This document shows, one piece after another, positions 30,138-41,632 of a stretch of DNA of 64,000 bases. The position numbers were made by a program, and so were the translations under genes. The notes under the pieces were generated by a model. The model saw only the letters and a list, made by a program, of their open reading frames with translations. It ran no database searches and was not told the origin of the DNA. Origin of the DNA: Tubiluchus corallicola (taxonomy: Eukaryota; Animalia; Priapulida); assembly GCA_030141605.1 (NCBI GenBank), contig JAQGDQ010000836.1, forward strand, positions 1 through 64,000, given 5' to 3'. Positions within the stretch are counted from its first letter, which is position 1. Every line of letters begins with the position of its first letter.

Positions 30138-31460
30138 TTAAACATGAAACAAGTATAGAAATCTTAACGTCCTCTATTGGAATTAATTCGGCCAAAATAC
30201 CTTCCGACAGGATATTGAAATATGATCGGTGTACGTATTATGATGCTTGAAAAATGTTTATGCTGGTTTTGAATGTATGGTGACTTTAAAACTAAGCTGG
30301 AAAGTGTCTGAATTCGATTCAGATACTTGTTACTGCGTTATTCAAGATTTTATACGTAGTAACCTAAGGTGATCTTTAACAATATACTTTAAGAAGCAGG
30401 ATCACGATGATTTAAAAACATCTTCAGTTGCACCAAGGGCATGTCACTTAAGCACTATAAGTTATTGACTATGTGATTTTTGAAATGACAGGAATAAGCC
30501 AGTACACACAGTTTGAATTTAGTGACCGAAGTTAAGTGCCATCAAATGTAATGAATAAATTGATGTAATGAGTAAAATGACCACCGGGGAAACTACTTCT
30601 AGTATCAAGAAGAATGTTATCAGTGCTTCGTCTTACAGGACTATCATTGACAATGAAGCTAGGTTTTGGTCCCGCCTACCGTAGCCGTCGAGTGCTTAGT
30701 TCAGATTTGCAGAGTACTATACTGTACAAAAAATCTTAATTAAATAAAAATTAAGTACGTCTACGTCACAAAATATAAATTTTTTAATAATAATATTAGA
30801 TTATTTCTATGTACATAAACACGCAGATAAGATCCTTACGTACATAAATACGCAGAAAGACAATTACATCTTTTTATACTTAAAAATTGGTCAAATTAAC
30901 GAGCTACAATTACAAAACACACATACAGAACGTACAGAAAATTAGAACAATAGCACATTAGATAATAGGCCAGTTACGATAAAAGGCAACGAAAGTTTAA
31001 ATTATTGAAAGTTTTTGTATACAGTCGTAAATTTCAAAACGGTAATTGCAAAAACTAACATACACAATAGATAATTATGTTGATTATACACTAATCAGAG
31101 CAGCTTAGAGGTTTGATTGAAATATCTTTTATACGTGTGCAAAAACATACATGTTTAATACTTAATGCTACAGAACAATGCAAGTACCTGCTTGAACAAG
31201 CTTGGTCTGTATCAGTTATGAAAAAGCAGCTAAAACATTCGCATAAAAAATCTATTCTAAAGAACACTTATCTGTCTGAGACGCAAATTAACCGACCTCA
31301 CGAAAAGCAATGACTAAACTAATCCTACTAATCCAAAAATGGTTTATACCTCTACCGCTTTACTCGGTAATACTATAATTATAATGCTGTGAAATGCGCC
31401 AGAATATGGCCGTGGAGGTCCCTGTAAGAACCTGCATAACAGTAAATTACAATGACGTCG

Positions 31461-31826
31461 AGTAAAAATAATTTGTTATATAGTGGATAGTGCGTTGTAT
31501 TGGTTGTGTGTAGCTGATTATTGATGCGTTCGGAATGGCAAAGCTATGAAGAGTCTGATTATAAAACGACACGTTTATTAAACATCAAACACAATAGCCC
31601 AGCTGAGGGAATTAGAATTAGACTTGGTCTGGGAGCCGGAGCAGAGAGCCGTTAGATCAATGGCTTTTGGCATTACTATCTGTTATATCTATTGTGTTTG
31701 ATGTTTAATAAACGTGTCGTTTTATAATCAGACTCTTCATAGTTTTGCCATTCCGGAAGCATCAATAATCAGCTACACACAACCAATACAACGCATTATC
31801 CACTATACAACGAATTATTTTTACTG
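31461..31826. mobile_element. Foldback MITE with about 135-bp inverted arms and a 90-bp spacer
   Basis: Arms 31461-31597 and 31690-31826 are near-perfect reverse complements; a partial copy lies at 60408-60603. Confidence 0.8.
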
Positions 31827-32470
31827 GTTGTTAATCGGAGCCTTTGTTTTTTAATCGACGACTAAGAGAAAATTATAATGTCATGTAAGTGTTGTCAGAA
31901 AGGATGAACAAAGTTGTTTAAAACTCGGATACTGGCGTCTTAATCGTACAATCCCTTTAATTTAAATTAAAAGATAAGTGAAAACATTCATGACCACGTC
32001 TGAACGTATTTCTATCATTCATCAGACTTCAAAAAGTTTCTTGTTTCGGAATGACCTTTACTAAAAACTTTTGGTGGGAGTGGAACACTATTCTCTTCCC
32101 CTATTCCTAGCCATAACCATGACGCATTAATGCATATGCAGACGTAAACAGGTGGAGACATATTTTCCAAGCAGCTGCCACCGGTCGATTCCGCCCCGCC
32201 CTTTTTCCTGCACAACTTTTTGAAAGAAACAATTTTTAACTTCTTCGAGTCGACGTAGTATTGCACCCGCTTCTGAGTACCCTGTGTTTATTGCTAAGCC
32301 TCTGGAGGGCCAGATTGCTGTAGATTGCTGTGACGAGATGGTGGTCGCGTCTGTGGTTTAACTGGTTGTGGTCGTTCTACTAGTTTGACATCCACTTTGG
32401 GTGTTCCATGATCTGTATCTTCGATGTTTGTTGCTCGGGCCTTAATACGCAGTTTTGTAGTTTGCGCGAT

Positions 32471-34282
32471 CTAAGAAACTAGTATGGGATAAGGTTCTAC
32501 TGGTAAACCTTCAACTGGTGGTTCGTTGTTCACAACGTTAGGCACTTCAAGCGCATCTGACGTTATATACCCTTTGTGTTTACTGCTTGGTCCTTCGTAG
32601 GCGAGATAGTTGTGCAACAGAGGTCGCAGCGTTCGCGTCACTGGTGCTTTTGTGGCAGGAGTTGCTGTCTTCGTTGCTTCTTCCGTTACAACTTCAGGCC
32701 TCTCGGTTATATCTGGCATTACGTAACCTTTGTGTTTATCGCTTGGTTGTTGATGAGCAAGATAATTGTACAATAGAGGTCGCCGTGGTTGCACCACTGG
32801 GGGTTCTGTGGTGTAAGGAGGTTCCGTTGAAGGTTCTATTATTTCCACGGGTGGCAGCACTTCAACAGGAGGTACCTCGTTGGGCATTACGTAGCCTTTG
32901 TGTTTATCGCTTGGTTGTTGCCGAGCAAGATAATTGTACAATAGAGGTCGCCGTGGTTGCACCACTGGCGGTTCTGTGGTGTAAGGAGGTTCCGTTAAAG
33001 GTTCTATTATTTCCACGGGTGGCAGCACTTCAACAGGAGGTACCTCGTTGGGCATTACGTAGCCTTTGTGTTTATCGCTTGGTTGTTGCCGAGCAAGATA
33101 ATTGTACAATAGAGGTCGCCGTGGTTGCACCACTGGGGGTTCTGTGGTGTAAGGAGGTTCCGTTAAAGGTTCTATTATTTCCACGGGTGGCAGCACTTCA
33201 ACAGGAGGTACCTCGTTGGGCATTACGTAGCCTTTGTGTTTATCGCTTGGTTGTTGCCGAGCAAGATAATTGTACAATAGAGGTCGCCGTGGTTGCACCA
33301 CTGGCGGTTCTGTGGTGTAAAGAGGTCCCGTTAAAGGTTCTATTATTTCCACGGGTGGCAGCACTTCAACAGGAGGTACCTCGTTGGGCATTACGTAGCC
33401 TTTGTGTTTATCGCTTGGTTGTTGCCGAGCAAGATAATTGTACAATAGAGGTCGCCGTGGTTGCACCACTGGGGGTTCTGTGGTGTAAGGAGGTTCCGTT
33501 AAAGGTTCTATTATTTCCACGGGTGGCAGCACTTCAACAGGAGGTACCTCGTTGGGCATTACGTAGCCTTTGTGTTTATCGCTTGGTTGTTGCCGAGCAA
33601 GATAATTGTACAATAGAGGTCGCCGTGGTTGCACCACTGGCGGTTCTGTGGTGTAAGGAGGTTCCGTTAAAGGTTCTATTATTTCCACGGGTGGCAGCAC
33701 TTCAACAGGAGGTACCTCGTTGGGCATTACGTAGCCTTTGTGTTTATCGCTTGGTTGTTGCCGAGCAAGATAATTGTACAATAGAGGTCGCTGTGGTTGC
33801 ACTACTGGGGGTTCTGTGGTGTAAGGAGGTTCTGTTAAGGGTTCTATTATTTCCACGGGTGGCAGCACTTCAACAGGAGGTACCTCGTTGGGCATTACGT
33901 AGCCTTTGTGTTTATCGCTTGGTTGTTGGCGAGCAAGATAATTGTACAATAGAGGTCGCTGTGGTTGCACTATTGGGGGTTCTGTATAAGGAGGTTCCGT
34001 TAAAGGTTCTATTATTTCCACGGGTGGCAGCACTTCAACAGACGGTATTGCTTCTGGCATTATATAACCTTTGTGCTTGACACTGGGAACTTGATTTACA
34101 AGCACATTGTAATCTCCTTGGTGAGGCCGAGATGGTTTAGGAGGAGCTACTGCCTCAGCTGGTGGGACAGATGACTCCACAGGAGGACGAGGGGCAGGTC
34201 GTTGTCTGGTGTATCCCCTGTGTTTGAAACTTTTCCTCTGAGACCCGAGTTGGTTTATTCCAAGACACAGTGGGAGAAACAC
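32471..34282 (-). CDS. Main coding exon of a secreted Pro/Val/Glu-rich KHxGY-repeat protein (gene B, 611 aa total)
   Basis: Acceptor catttcag| at 34283, phase 0, open to TAG at 32471; 8 x 56-aa repeats and 11 KH[KR]GY motifs. Confidence 0.9.
   Translation of the reverse strand: MFLPLCLGINQLGSQRKSFKHRGYTRQRPAPRPPVESSVPPAEAVAPPKPSRPHQGDYNVLVNQVPSVKHKGYIMPEAIPSVEVLPPVEIIEPLTEPPYTEPPIVQPQRPLLYNYLARQQPSDKHKGYVMPNEVPPVEVLPPVEIIEPLTEPPYTTEPPVVQPQRPLLYNYLARQQPSDKHKGYVMPNEVPPVEVLPPVEIIEPLTEPPYTTEPPVVQPRRPLLYNYLARQQPSDKHKGYVMPNEVPPVEVLPPVEIIEPLTEPPYTTEPPVVQPRRPLLYNYLARQQPSDKHKGYVMPNEVPPVEVLPPVEIIEPLTGPLYTTEPPVVQPRRPLLYNYLARQQPSDKHKGYVMPNEVPPVEVLPPVEIIEPLTEPPYTTEPPVVQPRRPLLYNYLARQQPSDKHKGYVMPNEVPPVEVLPPVEIIEPLTEPPYTTEPPVVQPRRPLLYNYLARQQPSDKHKGYVMPNEVPPVEVLPPVEIIEPSTEPPYTTEPPVVQPRRPLLYNYLAHQQPSDKHKGYVMPDITERPEVVTEEATKTATPATKAPVTRTLRPLLHNYLAYEGPSSKHKGYITSDALEVPNVVNNEPPVEGLPVEPYPILVS
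32720..34070. repeat. 168-bp coding tandem repeat, 8 copies
   Basis: gataattgtacaatag recurs at 32761, 32929, 33097 and onward with a 168-bp period. Confidence 0.95.
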
Positions 34283-34492
34283 CTGAAATGAAAACAATAT
34301 AGAAATAATTACGTTCATAAATACTAAATAAGCTGGATTCTTTGTTAGAAATGTAAGAACTTGATATCAAGATTGCACCAGACTAACAATTACACTACAA
34401 TGTTTCTTCTCAAGCTCCACGTTTATTATTTCTGAGTTTAAGCTTTGAACCATTATTGTTATTCACGCTTTTAACGCGTATTGAATGATTTT

Positions 34493-34816
34493 ATCAGTAA
34501 ACGCTTTGGTCCATTACGTCCATGAAGACATTCATATAAATTTTAATGAAAAATCCCAAAGGGTCCATGTTATTTATTCGGTAACACGTTGGTCCCACAA
34601 ATCAGTAAGCGCTTTGGTCCATTACGTCCATGAAGACATTCATATAAATTTCAATGAAAAATGCCAAAGGGCCCATGTTATTTATTTGGTAACACGTTGG
34701 TCCCACAAATCAGTAAACGCTTTGGTCCATTACCTCCATGAAGACATTCATATAAATTTCAATGAAAAATCCCATAGGGTCCATGTTATTTATTCGGTAA
34801 CTTTTTGGTCCCACAA
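34493..34816. repeat. 108-bp intronic tandem repeat, 3 copies
   Basis: atcagtaa(a/g)cgctttggtccattac at 34493, 34601 and 34709. Confidence 0.9.
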
Positions 34817-35969
34817 ACTCACTGGTCTTTCAATAAGTGATTACTGTTGTATTTGTTTGGTACCTCAGCCCAATGAAAAATCGCAGCGTGGGTCTCTGCA
34901 TATGATAAAACCGATGAATTTAAGCTTGTGGCTTGAAAACCCGTTGGTCACCTAATCAAATCGTTGTGACCAGGAAAAAATTCACAGCTTTTTAATCAAT
35001 CTCTGAATCTACTGATCTTACTGGCCACTTCTGTCGGTTTGCTGATGGTCTTCACCTATTGTTCATGGTACAAACGTTTTTTCTCATTTTGGTAAAATTA
35101 ATTTCCCAACACGATACAGTCAGCTAATTGTGCTTTATCCTAAGCTTAAAACTCTGCTGGCTTTTACATTAATACTTGACCAAACCATAATCCTATCCAT
35201 GTCTGACATCTCACTGCTGGCAAAGTAATAGCGAAGTTACGTTATAAAGGGCCAAATGGATTCAGAATCAGCAGATGAAGTATAAATGGAGGAGGAATCA
35301 TTGGCTATTGAGAGAAAGATGGATTTTATTGCGCATTTTAGTTAATAAACCAAAGTTCACTGCCCGTTTCTACATGCAAATTCAGAGTTAGCACGAAGTA
35401 CATTGCTTACGTAAAGACATCAGAAACAACTGTTTGCTTACAGCATTTATAGGGATGTATGTAATGTAGAAATAGGAATAACAAACCCATGGTGAAAAAC
35501 AACTGATTTTCTGAGAAAATAACAGGAGACAGTTTTTGGGTACGCATGTATCATATCTTCTTATACATTGGCTATTCACATCTACAGAGTCAGTATTAAA
35601 TTCATGTAAAATTTTTTTTGATCAGTATACATTTTTAAAGAAAACTAAACAAGATAAAAAATCGTGAATAGAATTTTGCACACTCTTTTCAAAAAAGAAA
35701 AAAAATTAGAGACAGTTATGACGTCATATGAATGATTTAATTAAAAATAAAGCTGGCGTCCAAACTGCTTCTGTGCAGTTTAGTTTAACAATGAAACAAT
35801 ACAGCAGTTTGTCAATAATTATGTTATACTTGTTAAAGTCCAGCACTATGATTACTTTACCCAATAGTAAACAAGTTGACAAACAATCAACTTCTTTTCA
35901 AATTAGATAATTATTTTAATTACATAGGCCGTCATAGAATACCTAATGAGAATGACGTAATTAACTCAC

Positions 35970-35993
35970 CGCGATTAGCACTAAGGTCCTCAT
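35970..35993 (-). CDS. First coding exon of gene B (MRTLVLIA; whole exon 35970-36020)
   Basis: Acceptor tttttag at 36021, ATG at 35993, donor gcg|gtgagt in phase 0. Splicing gives the signal peptide MRTLVLIAVFLPLCLG. Confidence 0.85.
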
Positions 35994-37681
35994 GATGTTC
36001 GTCCGCAGTGCAACCACAAGCTAAAAACAGAATCAGCTACATTTGTTAGTTTATATATCCATAGCAGAAGAATTGGGGTTAGGGAATGTGCTAGCCAAAA
36101 ACAAGAGAACACCATCGCGAATTCATGGTCACTAGTAATTGAGCAAATCACCTCAAAGTGTTTGCGCTACATGTCTGTCCGAAGGGGTAGTGGACGGGGG
36201 GTAGGCATTGGAGCATACGCGTGGGCACGAAGTGAAAGTTGTTGCTCTAGTTTTGCAAGAGAAAGAAGCATTTGTTCGAAATAGCAGAAAATTTGACGAT
36301 GTGTTTACACTGCAGCCAACGGGCGCAAGCCGTGGCCATGAAATCCGCTACTTATCCGAAATAACAGGGAATTTGCACACATTATAGCCCATTCAGGCAC
36401 ACGACGCTCAAGCAACGAAAATTAATATGGAAAACAGAACGTGAAAACATCGCTGGACAATGCACTTGGCACGATTACTCTCAGATCATTTGTAAAATAA
36501 TATATTACTTCCTGTAGTAATAAATGCTTCGCGAACGTAATTACAGTCTTACGAGTGAAGTTAATTACGCATCGTCGTAATTAATACCCTGCAGTGATGC
36601 TGCCGTCTCGCAAATTATCTATGATGTAAATGACGAAAACTGTGGTCTAAGTGTTACATGTATATCAAGTATGCTATCAAAACAAAATATTTAATTGTAC
36701 GTATATACGATTGGAGAAGGTGCCCTAATTAAGGTAGTTTACTGTAATTGGTTTCAAAGAAGATACCGCCAAATTATAATCATTAACGATGTGCTGTTTC
36801 GCTGCTTATTGAAAGTGACATAGGCGTGACTGCTGGATTGAAAGCAGAAAAAGAAGAAGAAAATTGAAACTGAAACAAACGCTATCTTCACTTAGCAGAA
36901 TTGAATAACATCTATATCCATAAATTTAAAGATAAGATTTAAAAAAGTGTAAAAATACAAATACAGAAAAATAATTATGGTTAAATAATAAAGGCTTTTT
37001 AAAAAACAAAAGCAAGATGCAGAAAAATTGCATATTTTTCTCCAAAATTCAAAAAATAATAATTTTACAATGTTTCATATTTTTACAAAAAGTTTGGAAT
37101 GGGAGAAATTTTGTTCGCTTAAGACCACTGTGAGCTTTAAACAATGGTTGCTTATGGAAATTGAGCAGTATATTAATTTTGAAAGTGTGGAAACTGCACT
37201 TACAGGTCAAAAGTGACCACAGTTACATCTTTAACATTACTGCTAATCTGAAGACAATATGTCCAAAAAGCTCTAATAGATTCGGCATCCGTAACTATGA
37301 ACACACATATAAATGCGATTGATGGATTTAATGATGATAGTTCAGCTGTTCTCTACCAATTACATTCTAAATTAAGTTGTCGTTGAAATTTAGAACTTTT
37401 TAAATAATTTTAGAAATCTTATACTTCACGATGAAAGTAAACGACCCCTAGTTAGAACAATTTTTGACAAACTGTATGGACATTTATTATTTGAAAACAA
37501 ACTAGCTGAAATAAGAAATGTGACGAAGCTAAAGATTGGAATGAAAGAATTTGAGAAACGAGCCTGGAACTTGATGACAGAATTGCTAGTGTTTTAAGAT
37601 CAGTTTACATCCCAAATGAAACCAACTTCAAATGTTTGTTTATTTTCAAGATTTTTATATTTCTTTTCTAACCAATTTTAA

Positions 37682-38230
37682 AGGAAGACCGGACGATTGT
37701 TTAGACTCGATCTCATTTTAATTTACTGTCCAACAATATACATTTTCTTGCCCATAAAAATTAACAATTGTTCCTTATATTTGAATAATTAGCTTAGAAA
37801 GTTAATTAACGGCAACCGAGCACAGCTATTGCTTACGTCAGAAACTAACTACAGTTTGTGCAATGGCAGGCGTCTTCCCTTGCGCATCAAGTACATTTGC
37901 ATAAGTGTTACAGTACTGTTTAAACGCATGACGTCGAGAAAAATGGGCTTTACGTCATATCACGATAGTAACTAACACTGCAGTTCATGATCATGCTTAT
38001 CACGATACCGTCTTTTATTTGTCGGCCACGTGAACGTGACAAAAGGCGCCGCTGCCAATCTTAGTAGATTCACTGAGCCTTGCGCAGCTTTGAAAGTTTA
38101 GCGAAATTTGAGTATCCGAGGTAATTATTATTTAATGCAAGCTGTGAGTTAAAATAAGCTATTGTAGTTTTCAATATTTTAGAGCATTCTTTATTCTGAA
38201 CTAATGTTTACACAATCATCCGGTTTTCCT
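37682..38230 (+). mobile_element. TTAA-target MITE family A (Kolobok-like), copy 1
   Basis: ttaa|aggaagaccggacgattgt ... acaatcatccggttttcct|ttaa. Confidence 0.85.
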
Positions 38231-38359
38231 TTAAAACGAGCCCAAAAATGAACAGCATTTATATTTATGTTCTCAAGAAACAAACAAAAATCTTCGCTCA
38301 AATTCAAAGTTTAATCTTTTGTTTCTGCACATTTTTGTACTTAAGAGCAAAACGCTTAC

Positions 38360-38425
38360 CTGATTGAAGTTCTTGATTGAACGTTGAAGATTTACCAGTT
38401 CAGTGATTGACACAGGTGATCATGT
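38360..38425 (-). other. Probable non-coding first exon of gene B
   Basis: Donor cag|gtaagc at 38359; TATA box at 38449-38455. Confidence 0.6.
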
Positions 38426-38447
38426 TAATTACTCGTACCTGGGCGAG

Positions 38448-38512
38448 CTTTTATACACCTCTGTCACGCGTCACGAGGGACGAAATTCCAGACCTCAGGT
38501 AAGTTTGGGTCA
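38448..38512 (-). promoter_or_regulatory. TATA box (GTATAAAAG) and AGGTAA-n4-GGGTCA element of gene B
   Basis: cttttatac at 38448-38456 and aggtaagtttgggtca at 38497-38512. Confidence 0.55.
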
Positions 38513-38617
38513 TCTAAAACCCATTTAATGCAAGAATTCCAAAAGCGATAAAAATGTTCTTTCACGTGGACGTGATTTATAAGAGTAACAAAACCGAAGT
38601 TCGGTGAAAATTATAAA

Positions 38618-38632
38618 CTCTCTGTCACTCTC

Positions 38633-38693
<61 letters not shown>

Positions 38694-39020
38694 ACTCTCT
38701 CTTTCACGCTCTCTCTTTCTCTTTCTCTCACTCTCTCTTGCTCTCTCTCTCTCACTCTCACTCTCTCTCTTTCTTTCATTCTCTCTCTCTTTCTCTCTCT
38801 TTCTCTCTCTCTCACTTTCTCTCTCTCCCACTTTCTCCTTCTCTCACTCTCTCTTTCTCTCTCTCTCTTACTCTCTCTCTCTCTCACTTTCTCTTTCTCT
38901 CACTCTCTCTTTCTCTCTTTCTCTCTTACTCTCTCTCTCACTCTCTTTCTCTCACTCTCTCTCACTTTCTCTCTCTCTCTCGCTCTCTCTCTCTCGATAT
39001 ATATATATATATATATTTAT
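38618..39020. repeat. (CT)n and (AT)n microsatellite
   Basis: Direct reading. Confidence 0.97.
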
Positions 39021-39039
39021 TTATATTTATATTTTATAT

Positions 39040-39330
39040 TTATGTATTAAAATAGTATAAAAGAAAGAATCAGCAGGCGCAGGCGCACTTCTGCTCATCC
39101 CATAAAACATAAAATTATTCACAAAATTAAAATCTATAAAAACATATATCGAATACATCTCATTAAAAGGGTCCTAAAAATATAAACTGAATATGAATTA
39201 TATGCTCTATACAACATGTTTTATACAATACTATGATATGGACAGAACCAATTAGGCCTACGAAAATCTTACATGTTTCGGACAAAGTTTCAGCAACGCA
39301 GTAAATTAACGTTAGTTAATTGACAATAAG
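39040..39330 (-). mobile_element. Dispersed repeat (probable LINE 3' end); second copy at about 52270-52560
   Basis: Both share gtataaaagaaa..aatcagcaggcgca.gcgcactt...aatatgaattatatgct...catgtttcgga and abut TATT-rich tails. Confidence 0.6.
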
Positions 39331-39931
39331 AACATTATAAAATGCTATTCGTAGAAGAGTTCAAGCACTAGTAGTTCAAAGTTGAGTGCACTTCTTGAAG
39401 AAAAATGACCGCGATGAACATCCTTGGTCGAAACGTAGTAGAGGACAAAAACCTCTTTTCTTAACTCATTTTGTGAGCTTATAATCAAACGAGTCTCGCG
39501 ACATGCGAAATAGAGGCTGAGTTACCTTGAAGAGAATGCCGCATCATGTTGGCTTGCTGCTCCATGTGTTTAATCCATAGTGATAAATTTGTGATGTCAG
39601 GATCACATTGGGCTGTTGTGCAAAGTGATGACACCCGTGACACAGGAGTAAAGATACGTTGACTTTAAAAAAAGAAACAAAGAAGAAGAAAGGAGAAAGA
39701 AAGATGCAAAGAGAGAGAAAGAAAGGAAGAAAGAAAGAAAAAGAAAACAAGAAAAAAAAGAGAGAAAGAAAAAAGAAATAACAAGAGAAAAGCGTGCCTC
39801 CTTACTTTATTTTGACTTGAACATGCATGTAGAGTTTCTTAATATCCTGTCAGCAGGTATTTTGGCCGAATTAAATAGTACATTAATTCCAATAGAGGAC
39901 GTTAAAATTGCCACACTAGTTCCATGTTTAA

Positions 39932-40497
39932 AGGACAAGAAAAATGGGTACCTAAAGTAGGTTTCAGAAAAATCGCCTTAAAAACTTTAAAGCAATTTTA
40001 CGCGTATATCTTACTCGCACTGAAAGGAATTTTAGTTTGTTTTCATTTTAGATCTCCCGCAATACTGTTCCGAAGTCGCCATTACATGACGTAATGTACC
40101 AAACGTAAGGCCATGTTAAATTATATCCCAAAAGACTTCCATCCAAATCTATGATACTTAGCATTTCGCTTACCCGCTGGAAAAACTCATGCAACTAGAA
40201 AAGAACATTTTTAATTATTTAAAATGTTTTCACGTATTGGTAAAATGTCGCTGACTCACCCTCCAAGGTGCACCACTCACTAACCAAAAAACGTATTTCT
40301 AATCTTATTGACAAGATAATGTCCTGTCGTCAAAATGGCTGCGTCTAACGGTCATCGCGGAAATTTAAATTTACATATTTTGTACAGCGTGACTACGATT
40401 CAAGTTCTGTATGTAAAAAGACAGTACGTAAGACGTAAGACGTAAATTTCAAGACGAATTTTTTAATGTTTATGTTTATGGAGGGTTTTCTTGTGTT
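39932..40497 (+). mobile_element. TTAA-target MITE family B, copy 3 (internal deletions)
   Basis: ttaa|aggacaagaaaa ... ttttcttgtgtt|ttaa. Confidence 0.8.
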
Positions 40498-40793
40498 TTA
40501 ACAATCAAAGTTTTAATTTGTCACGAAATGGCATAATTAATTATTAATGCATCACAAAATTATCTCCTGTCCTTACATCCTTATACAGAAAATCTAGCAA
40601 CAAAATCTCATCAAAAATCATAAATGCGCACGGCAATAAACCAATTTACTAATTTAGTTAAGTAAGGCAATTATGTTCTATGTAATTACGTTATAACGTT
40701 GCATATAATAAAAAACTCAGTTATCTATAAGTGCAGTAACCCGTGGATGGTGGAATGCAAGAAATGGTAATTATTTTTATTCACGTCATCCAC

Positions 40794-40995
40794 TGACCTT
40801 CGGCTACGTGTTTTATTGTCATTCCAGAACGTTTGCGACACAGCACTGGTCACAGCACTGCTAGCCCTGACCATTGACCTGAACTGACCAATTTCGTCAA
40901 CGTCTTTGTTTACGTCAGGACCTGGTGACGCGTAGGCGGTAACAGGACGTTGACCGCTCGGAACTTCTACTCTTTCCTAATTGGTCAAATGGTCA
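40794..40995. promoter_or_regulatory. Candidate enhancer: cluster of nuclear-receptor half-sites
   Basis: Eight TGACC/GGTCA pentamers in about 200 bp, including DR1-like tgaccattgacct and DR2-like tggtcaaatggtca. Confidence 0.4.
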
Positions 40996-41119
40996 TCTGT
41001 CTTCCAGAACTATGCGGAATTTAACTAGCTTCCTGTACACAGGCGTGCATTGCTTTTGCATTATAACACCATTATATCACTTTTTTGTTGTAGTGTTTTA
41101 TTTCATAATATTTTAACAA

Positions 41120-41465
41120 GAACAATAGCAGTAACAGCAACAACAACAGCAACAACAACAACAACAGAGACAGTGACTGCGACAGCAGCATCGGCAACAA
41201 TAACAGCAACTACAAAAACAGCGACAATGGCAGCAGCAGTAGTAAAAACAAAACAGCAGTGGCAGCAGCAACAACAACAACAACAACAACAGCTGCAGCA
41301 GCAGCAGCAGCAACAGCAACAACAAGGACAGAGATAGTGACAGCGACAGCAGCAGCAGCATCGGCAAAAACAAAAATAGCAGCAACTACAACAACAGCGA
41401 CCCGGCAGCAGCATCGGCAAAAATAAAAACAGCAGCAACAACAACAACAGCAACAATAACAACAA

Positions 41466-41497
<32 letters not shown>

Positions 41498-41499
41498 GC

Positions 41500-41536
<37 letters not shown>

Positions 41537-41578
41537 GCAGCAGCAGCAGCAGCAGCAACAGCAACAGCAACAACAACT

Positions 41579-41612
<34 letters not shown>

Positions 41613-41632
41613 CAACAGCAGCAACAACAACA
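41120..41632. repeat. (CAA/CAG)n degenerate trinucleotide repeat
   Basis: Direct reading. Confidence 0.95.

Noticed and set aside
32587-34080. 497-aa plus-strand ORF
   Set aside because: Antisense shadow of gene B's 168-bp repeat; the minus strand has the splice sites, signal peptide and promoter.
34283-34318. MNVIISILFSFQ as the N-terminus of gene B
   Set aside because: Intronic polypyrimidine tract ending at the acceptor; the 35970-35993 exon gives a better spliced signal peptide.
39394-39446. Second hammerhead-like string (ttgaaga...gacc/ggtc-gaaacg)
   Set aside because: Extra bases between the core and stem II and no convincing stem I; too degenerate to call.
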